Shown piece by piece: positions 44,401 to 53,400 of a stretch of DNA of 64,000 nucleotides. The DNA lies in contig OZ365116.1 of the NCBI GenBank assembly GCA_977030845.1, forward strand, positions 20,398,001 through 20,462,000. The letters are read 5' to 3'. The stretch is from Fimbriosthenelais zetlandica. Lineage: Eukaryota. The translations under genes and the position numbers were made by a program. Each line of letters begins with the position of its first letter. The first letter of the stretch is position 1. The notes beneath the pieces were generated by a model that saw nothing but the letters and a program-made list of their open reading frames with translations, made no database searches and was not told the DNA's origin.

Positions 44401-47400
44401 AAAGCTCAAAAAAGCCTTTCAGCGAATTCTCAATTTTGTTATTGGAAAAGCAATAAAGACTTTCAAGGTGGAAAATTCAAGAAAGCCTCAATTGATTTCA
44501 GTCACATCAGTGTTTATAATGTTCTGAAACCTTGTGTCTTTTCAGGCTTTAAGTCCTTTCTGTACAAATGCAGCAAGTCGTGACATATATACCAAAGTAC
44601 AGCACCATGTGGAGGTACTAGAGCAGTCCACCTCCAGGGTCTCCTCCCGGGCAGAAGTCCACGGAGCCGTCCAACAGGTGAGTACACGCATTATCAATCA
44701 TTAGTAAAGGTAGAGGCTGTGTATGCAGTCCTTGTTAGCATTATACTAACAAACTGCCACAGCTTGAGAATCATCATTAATATTGAGAACTTAAATAACA
44801 CGGTCAGGTGACTTCTGGTAAGACCTTTGCTCGTCCTTGTTCATTACATCATTTTGTTGAACTCCTGTGTTCTTCCTCCTCCTCCTGTTGGGGCTTGTTT
44901 TTCCTTCTCCCCATCCCCTCTCCACCTTCTGCTGTTTCTCTGAGATTAATGGAATGGATCTTGATCTTCACGCTGCGTAAATCCCCAACAATCCCCTGAG
45001 GTGCTGGCACTGTCTTTTAGAAATCGTTGTGAAATTCCTCCTTTTTCCCCTTTTTTTTCTTCTCTTTTTCCATGGCGGCATGGAGATCTTTTTGAAGACA
45101 TTCCTGTTCTTAAGTGTGAATTCATTGATGGAAAAGGTCTTGAAACAAAAGAGTGTTGTATGAATAATAGATTTTTGCTCAGACTCTTCCCTTCTACAAT
45201 GAGTGTGTTTCAAGCAGGCTTTCAGGGGGGCCTTCATTTACTTGTGAATATGACACCTTTATAGTAGGAAGTCGTCCCTCATCTATTCCGTGCCTAGTCA
45301 CCAAGCTGTTTAAATATGTATGGATTGTGCTAATTGTGACTGTCTTTCTATGCTACTGCAGGAACTGCGAATGAGTAAAGCAATTGAAGTAATGGTAAAT
45401 CATGTGGAAAACCTAAAGCGTTTACACGACAAAGAACACCTAGAATTAGAGGAAACAAGGTGGGTTTATAACTACCTCTTCATCAAATATTCACTGATAC
45501 CTTATGATATATTTCTGTAGATCTCTCTCGGAACATATCGATACTTCAATATTCTTTTTACTTTTATTTTTCCAGAAAACTTTTAACTGAAAATAAGGTG
45601 ATAGGCCAAAATGCAGATGGTGAGTATGATGTATTGAATATGATATTTATTAACATTTATTTCCATCAACATTTCAAAATATCTTAATCTTGATTTATAA
45701 TTTATGAAACATTGTCTTGTTGCAGGTGATGGCCTTCAGAAACGATCATATTCTTTAGCTGGTGGTGGTGGACTCAAGGTATGTGTGTCTCACTCTTGAT
45801 TAATATAGTTTTGTCTTTAATGTTTATATTAAGGTATAACATGATTAGATATATCAAAATCTAATCTATATAATCAACCACTATAGCAACCATAATAGCC
45901 AGAATGTAATGTACACTCCACATGCATTCAGGAGATTCCATCGTTCCCTCGGAGGGACCATTAATAACAAAAATTACTTCACATCCGATGGCTTCAGTCG
46001 GAAGAAACTTAATACTAACGAAGGGGATTATTTTTCTGCGTGGCAGAGAATCATTTTTAAGATCCAGGGATTAGTAAATGGTAGTGACAAAGAGAAATGT
46101 AAATAGTAATTGGCTTGAATTCAATGCGTTGGGTTTAGTTTTATCTTTCGAGGAAAACGTATTGCCAGTGGTAATTGAAGATTTAATGCTGACAGTACAG
46201 CACAGGAATTGGAGTAGGGAGATCTGTATGGCTTGTAGAAAAGATGGTGGCAGTGTCAGTTATTGCTGCCTGCTATTCATTCTGTCTCGCTGCCTTTGGT
46301 ATAAGACCTTACATTGCCTGCATGGAGCTCCCGTGAACTGCCTTTCATCATCCGTCTCCAGCTTAATGCTGTCACTAATCTCAAGTTGACATTCACTCAG
46401 CTGCACACAGGAAAGACTTTATACTTTTACTCCATCAAAGCCAGAACCGATTTCCACCAACTTTTGATGCTATTAAGGGCATGTTAGGATCTGGTACAGG
46501 CGAGCTTGTCAAATGATGAATGTACTTGTGCTACATATCAATCTTATGATATAGGGCCTTCCCATGTTCCCATCTATACACTGATTTATATCCCTGTTTA
46601 TATTCTCCAATTATCTAATACGTATTGGAAATTCAAAATGTCCCCGTAGGCATTAAAAGAAAATGGTTTCTATAACTGAAAGTGAAGTTGTAATATCCAT
46701 TGTGACCTGAGCAGTAGAGCATTGTGGGGTTCTGCTGCAGGCACATGTGAACTGCTGGGATCCACTCTATCTCACAGTGATAGACAGTTTATAGGCCATG
46801 GGTAGTAGACCCATACCTCAACAACAAGAAACTCTACCTTCCCTTCAGGAAGGTCACCTTCAGCTAGTCAAGATATTTATAACATCCCTCAAGACAATAC
46901 CATGGTCGCTAAACATGGACCAAAGCAACTTTAGTGTCCTTTAGTATCTTCAGGTAGTTAATAAGGATTTTGGGAATTGAAGCTAGTGTGAATTTTCTTA
47001 TTAAAATGGCTCTATTCACTATGGACTGTCTGAGATTCGTCCATATTTTCATAAGAAAATGCATTGAATATTCCTCTGCTCAATATCTCGGGTAACATTG
47101 TATTATTCCTTGTCCGTTTGTATTCATAATAAAATACTATTGCACTAATACTGCTTTATATAGAGCAGAACAGACATTCATTTTGGAGTATGGATTGTGA
47201 GTGATTGTAGTGAAGGAAGATGAGATCTGAACTATAAACTGACAGTTATTTTACAGGCATTCCATTCTATGAATTATCAATTATGTGATCTGTATTAATG
47301 ATTTGTTCTCGTTAATTTGATGCATTGACATTTCTGTTTCATCTGCATATATCTATGTGTATTTTAGTGAGGTGTATTTTGGTTTTCACAATACACATAT

Positions 47401-50400
47401 ATATGCAAGATGATATCCTTATGGTCTGCTTTTCACCAGCCAAGCGCTATGTACAAAATCACACGAAAGTCTGGTGGGATATTTCACTCACTCAATTCAC
47501 CTTAATGTTTTGTCGTGCGGAATATATTTCTATGAATTTTATTAATCTTAGTTAATTAATTGGCATTGATTATGGGTTTACATCGACAGAAAGTCTTTTT
47601 TCCACATCCAATATACATACACTTTTAGCTCTTGTAAAGTATGAGCTATTATCTGATTCTCCGAATGCTTCCAATTGTCTCTGATCGATTAATACTATCA
47701 ATAATAATGTTCTACTTGCCACAGAAGCTTTGCCATATCTCTTTCAGACAAATATTAGATATGTTGTTCTGTCAATGTTACAAGATGTCTCCTTGACAGC
47801 CTCCCCTAAAGCATTGCTTCCATTTTGAATCCAGCTATTTACCAAGACATCTCTCCGCTTTCTATCTTTTTAGACCATGGTGGTAGCTAGGAGGTTCTTA
47901 AAATCCACGAGTACGCGGTTTCTACATTTTCTGCCCCTTTTTTTTCTTTTGTGTTGTTCTGAGAAAGTGCTCTAGTGTAGCTGGACAGTGATAAGTTAGT
48001 CTTATGTAAGCTCCCTCAGCCCTAGCCTGGTTTGAGGTTTGTTTTAAGCATCGGCAGATATTTGGTGCGTGGCCTTTAAGTCCATATAGCTGCATACCTC
48101 TAGATATGTGCACCTAGGACATGACGGAGAGTTCCCTAGAGGGCTGTAAATATACAAATAGAGCTCGCAGCATTTTTACATTGCTCAGGTTGACCGCTGA
48201 AAACATGCATGACTTTCAAATCGCTTCTCCATTTGCCCATGCTCTGATTGGAAATGTCTTTTTATCTTTCCTAATAAATTTCCCCCTTATAATATTTCTA
48301 ATAATTTGAAAATTGGATCATTTTGAGAGTTGTTCTTTATTCTGGGAGCCTTTTATTGTCATGCATGGGAACCTTCCTATGGAATACGTTTGGCATCTGA
48401 CTTGTAAAAATGAGGGTGCTGCTAATAACCATTTCAGTTTTAGACAGCTACAATTATTATGTTTTAGTCGTAAATCCTACCACCAAATGAAGCCCAATCC
48501 TTTGTCACCGGACCTCTTTGTTTTGTCATTTTGGATTTTAAGAACATACCTTAAGAGCCTGTCCGAATCATTCATGTTACATAAAACCATATATATGCAC
48601 TTAGTGTCTGAAGGCTGGATATCCATTTTTTTGTCAAATTTCCTACAATTTGTAAGATTGTGATATTTTAGTTCTTGGGCACCCAACTTTGCACCAATGC
48701 TTTAGTTTTGAAACACGTGATAGAGTTAATGATGCCATATTATGATATATTATGCTCACTAAGATTGGTCACATCAAGCCAATTTTCATACTATTTTATT
48801 TCAACACTACAATGTTCGTGGGGTTGTTTTTTTTCCTTATATTATACATTCATGGTGGTGATGTCTTGGTCTATACATCATTATCGAGGTCACATTACTG
48901 AAGGGAATGGAAACTTCTATGATTTCTAAAGAGAACATTACCCAAATGGAATATATGATTTCTGTATTTTCGATGTTATCTCTGATCCCCTTTCCTTTGA
49001 TGATGTTGCTGAAGGATGTACAGATGTGTAACTCGTGCAGTGTTGGACTGCGTCTTTGTGCCCTCAATATGCCTTTATCAGTATATTGAATATCCATACA
49101 TTGGCATCACGTCTGACAGAGTTGTCCCTTTGTTCTCATGGTGTGCATGATTTGCTTTCTGGTGAAAGTTCAGCAGATGTGACTCCAGAATTTGACAAGC
49201 TATTATGTCACCCCCAGTATTCAGTGGCTTACCAATATTATTCTCCTTATATAGTAGGAATGGTGAGAGATGTTGGATGCTGATTCATTCTATTGTGACC
49301 AATGTGTGGTTTTGTTATCGCCATTACTTAGTCTTTGCTTTTCTTTCTTTCTTGATGGGTTTACCCATATTTCAGAGGACCACGATTTGTAAGCTGCTAT
49401 TCCCCAAGTGCTTTTAGAGCTGATTATATTTACACACATCAGCTTGCCATTCCGGCCTATATTCACTTGCATATATACACAACACATGTGTGTCTCGTGT
49501 CCTAACTTCTGTCCTTTGTTCCTCTGGCTTGAATGTTCCTATTAAATGTTGTACAACTCTACTTTCATTTGACCTCACCCACCGCCATCCCACCTCTGTT
49601 TTATTCTGTTCTGTCTGTAATAATCTGTCCATACATTCCTGTCTCCCTTTCTCCTCCCTCGTCTTCCTCTGACACGTTTTATTGCACCTCTCATCGCAGT
49701 CATGTCATCAGACGTCTTCAGCTTACTTGAAGCAGCATGATACTCTGCAGCGATAGATTTTCTTTAGGCCTGGCAGGTATTTTCATAAAATTGTCCAACC
49801 TCTTACTTTACACAAGCACTCTTTCCCTATTAACATTTTGAAAGAACAAAATGTCCCTATATTACCGAGGCGAGAAGTTGATATTGATGAGGGAGACCAA
49901 CTCTGTTGCTAGTATTCACTATATTTGTCAGTTGTGGGTATGCTTATAAATGCCAATGCTTTCTGTCTTTTTAATTTTAAGTCAAGGATGTACTTTTCTT
50001 TTCTTTTAATCTACGAGGGCATGAGAACATTTTCTTATTCATAATATATGGTTTAATCGCTGAATATATTACCGCACATTTTACCTAGTATTTTTTTCTC
50101 TATTTAACTGAAAAGCATGGCAGAAATCGGTTATTTTTTGCACCAATGCAATCTTATTTGCGATGCATTGATTGTCTCTAGGAGTATGTGTTAGACTTAC
50201 TGTTTGTAATGTATTACGTTCTCACATCATCCATGGATATATCCAGCAGCTACTTGGTATCTTGTATAAAACAATAGATACTCTTAATATCCAGTTTAAC
50301 TATACCCACAAGATTCAATATAGATCATCTGAGTCGTCGATCTTACCCTTAATTCCATACAACATTCTGGTAGTTTGATTTGAATCAGAGAATGCTTTTC

Positions 50401-53400
50401 GCACCTGTGGTTCACAAATATTAGACCCCTGTTCACACACATTTAGATAGAAGTTAGACGCAATATTGTAAGGAAGATTTGACGTCTTTCTCATCCTGCA
50501 TAATGCAGGAGGAGATCTCAATGCTATGCTTTAATTTGAGCTGAATAAATTATGTTGATTAGCTCAATACTATAATCCTCTACCCGACTATTCTCCTATT
50601 GCTCATAGACCAAAACATACTGCATTGCTTTGAATTAAGCACACTGTTAAATATATTGGTTCAGTTTGATAAGTTCTATTCTTTTATTAATTAAGTTGAT
50701 GATTGTTTTCAGCTGGGAGGAAGACGTCGCGCGAGCGTAGCAGTATTCCCGAGAAAACTGAGCACACTGGGGGCGGGGTCTAGCGGCCTCGCTCCCGATC
50801 CACCCATGGTCAGTATCCACTCATTATTTATAGTGATTATTTGGAGGTTCTTGTCTTATATTTTGTTTGATTGCACTTAATGCTCTCATGGCAGTTTATA
50901 GTGCCCTTCACGCTGCTTTCAGTTGTCACAGATATATGACAGGTTGAGATGTATTAACTCTAGCAGGATGCAGTATACATGTATAGACTATCAGGAAAGT
51001 AGGATAATTAAGATTATCCAACTTACATTTTATACAATTATTGAGCTACGATAGAGGATATACCCAATGCAGAGCAACATATATTTCTATCATAATTGAA
51101 ATTATGATGTGACTTTTTCGAAGATGTTTTGGCTTCAGTAAAATGTAAATGTCTCTTTAAAAGTGTATCAGATTTAGACTCTTTAGATGTCTGGTCTTGT
51201 TCACGGAAAAGAGAATGAATAACTTTTAGAATAAAAGCCCCAGGTTGTAGTTCCATACTGCTAGTGTTAACATTTCATCCCATTCTTGCATCCACTTGCC
51301 AAACCTGCAGGAACAAAGGCCCTAGTATTAACCAGTAGAGTGAGGTAAGGGTCCCCCAACACGCTTCTGTCAGTGTATCAACTTTCATTGCCATCTTTTG
51401 TATCATATTTTGTATGATTTTGCTGGTTTATGGGTACTACTTTATGTTGTGATAACTCAATCTCATTCCTTATGTACAGTACGTGGATTTAGTCCTTCAT
51501 TCTTTGCAAGATATTTTATTTGTGTAACCCCGTAGTCTTGGAGTCGTATCGTAGTTCTTTCATATTTTACTTTCTAGGATTTCAGGGGTTCAGGGGGCTC
51601 CCAACATGCACCAGTTACCTTAGCTTAAACCCATTCACAACTATTTTTTTCATTTTTTTAATATATATTTTTTATCAGAATATTGAAAATAATGGATCGT
51701 TGCCTAATATTGTGTTAACAGCCGTCCACCAGTTCTTCTCCATCTCCACATTTGGCGAGTGATGAGGAGGTATATATTACTATGTGTGAAACAGATCCCC
51801 TTTTGATGATGGAATGCGGATTTTAGTTTGTGTGTGAATATTTAGAGTTTAAGACCAAGGATACAAATAGTCAATTTAACGTTGTGCTGGTCTTTTGCCC
51901 AAAAAAACCCTGATTCCCTATCATCAAAAAGTAATTCATAAAGTAAATTTTAATATTATGACGTATAAATTGATATCATATGGATTTCCAAAGAAAAGCA
52001 ACTGAGTTGAAATCCTTCCAGTTCCTTCTACTATCCTGATTTAGAACAGGCCCTATTGTTGTAGAACTTCCTGAGAATTAATTCTACAGTCCAGTTTGAT
52101 TCCTGTTTTCCATCTTGGTTGATTACCCTACTTCTGTAGGATTGATCTGTTGCATGCTGTGCCCAGTCAAGTGAATATGTGGGCCGGTTGTTCTTCAAAA
52201 GAACTTAATGACTTCGATCTTTACCTGAATCAAAACTTTTAAATCTGTTAAATGTCCTCTATTACATGCTTGTATATTTCCTCCTGATATTTGTATTCAC
52301 TTGGCTCGTGCGTTCTGTCCTGTTCTTAATATGAATTTAATCTCCCTGGGCTGTCTGACTTTTTTCTGTCTGACTTTCGACTTCGTTCAATTTAGAAATT
52401 TAACAATATAACCGAGAGAAATTTCCTTGATTTGATCGCCTCCAATGGAAACTATTAAACTGTTTTTGCCTTCACTGTCGAGGATAAATGCTTGAGTTAT
52501 AGGAAATGCAAGATGTCTATCCTAACCCATTGTTGTTGCTCATGTTTCAGGACCCCAAAACTAGATTTCAAACTCTCGTAGCCGATACTGCCATTAAAAC
52601 AAGTGTGGTGGAGCAATTACGTAGGTCAGTCTCCATCGACCGCCAACCTGTCAGACCTACAACTCTTCTAGATCTGAAAGGCAACACTAGTCTCAGGTGA
52701 GACCTCTTACCCCACTTTACAATCCCGACATTAATGTTATTCCAGTATTTATATTATGGTATTTATTTATATATGATGCTATTTTTATTTCCAGAAAATT
52801 GGATGGTAAAGTGAATGTCCAAACCACTGTGGTTCATGAAAATGGTAATAATGGTGGAAAAAGTAAATTAGATTCCAATAGTAACATCGACCAAGAAGCA
52901 GTCTTTCAAAAAGGGTAAGTATTTATAACTGTCGCTTAATGGAACCTTATTTTGAATGGCAGTTTCGATTGCAATTCACATGGAAATGGATGGCCTTTCT
53001 TGATAACTTGTAGTCAGATGTAATTGAGCATTTGGCTCACGGCTTTAAAAGCTTTAAAATGAATGTTGCTATTAACTTGATTTTACCAGAGGATGTGTGA
53101 AGGTCGATTGTTTAATAAAAGGCCCCTAACATCAAAATTGACAATCAAGGAAAGTTAATGGCCCTTCATCTTGGTGCCTGGCGCCCTGAGGGCCTTTTAA
53201 TTTTCAAGCAGGGCCAGAAATTAACCATAAAGTTCAGGGTATTAAACAAGTTCTTTGTCTAAGGTGATTTTGCTACAAGCTACCCATATTTTATCTTAAA
53301 GATCACATTAAATTAAAAACCTAATGGCTTCCTAAATCTTTGACTTGTGAAAGCCTTGAGTTGACAGTGAGTTTGTGACTTCGTCCTGAGTCAGACTACG

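Noticed and set aside
48000-49300. Possible hAT transposase relic on the minus strand
   Set aside because: Only weak resemblance (HICTSFSNIIKG against CxAHxLNL); no TIRs found
53113-53202. 10-bp inverted repeat TAAAAGGCCC/GGGCCTTTTA
   Set aside because: Short, no target-site duplication, no second copy seen; may be a MITE remnant or chance
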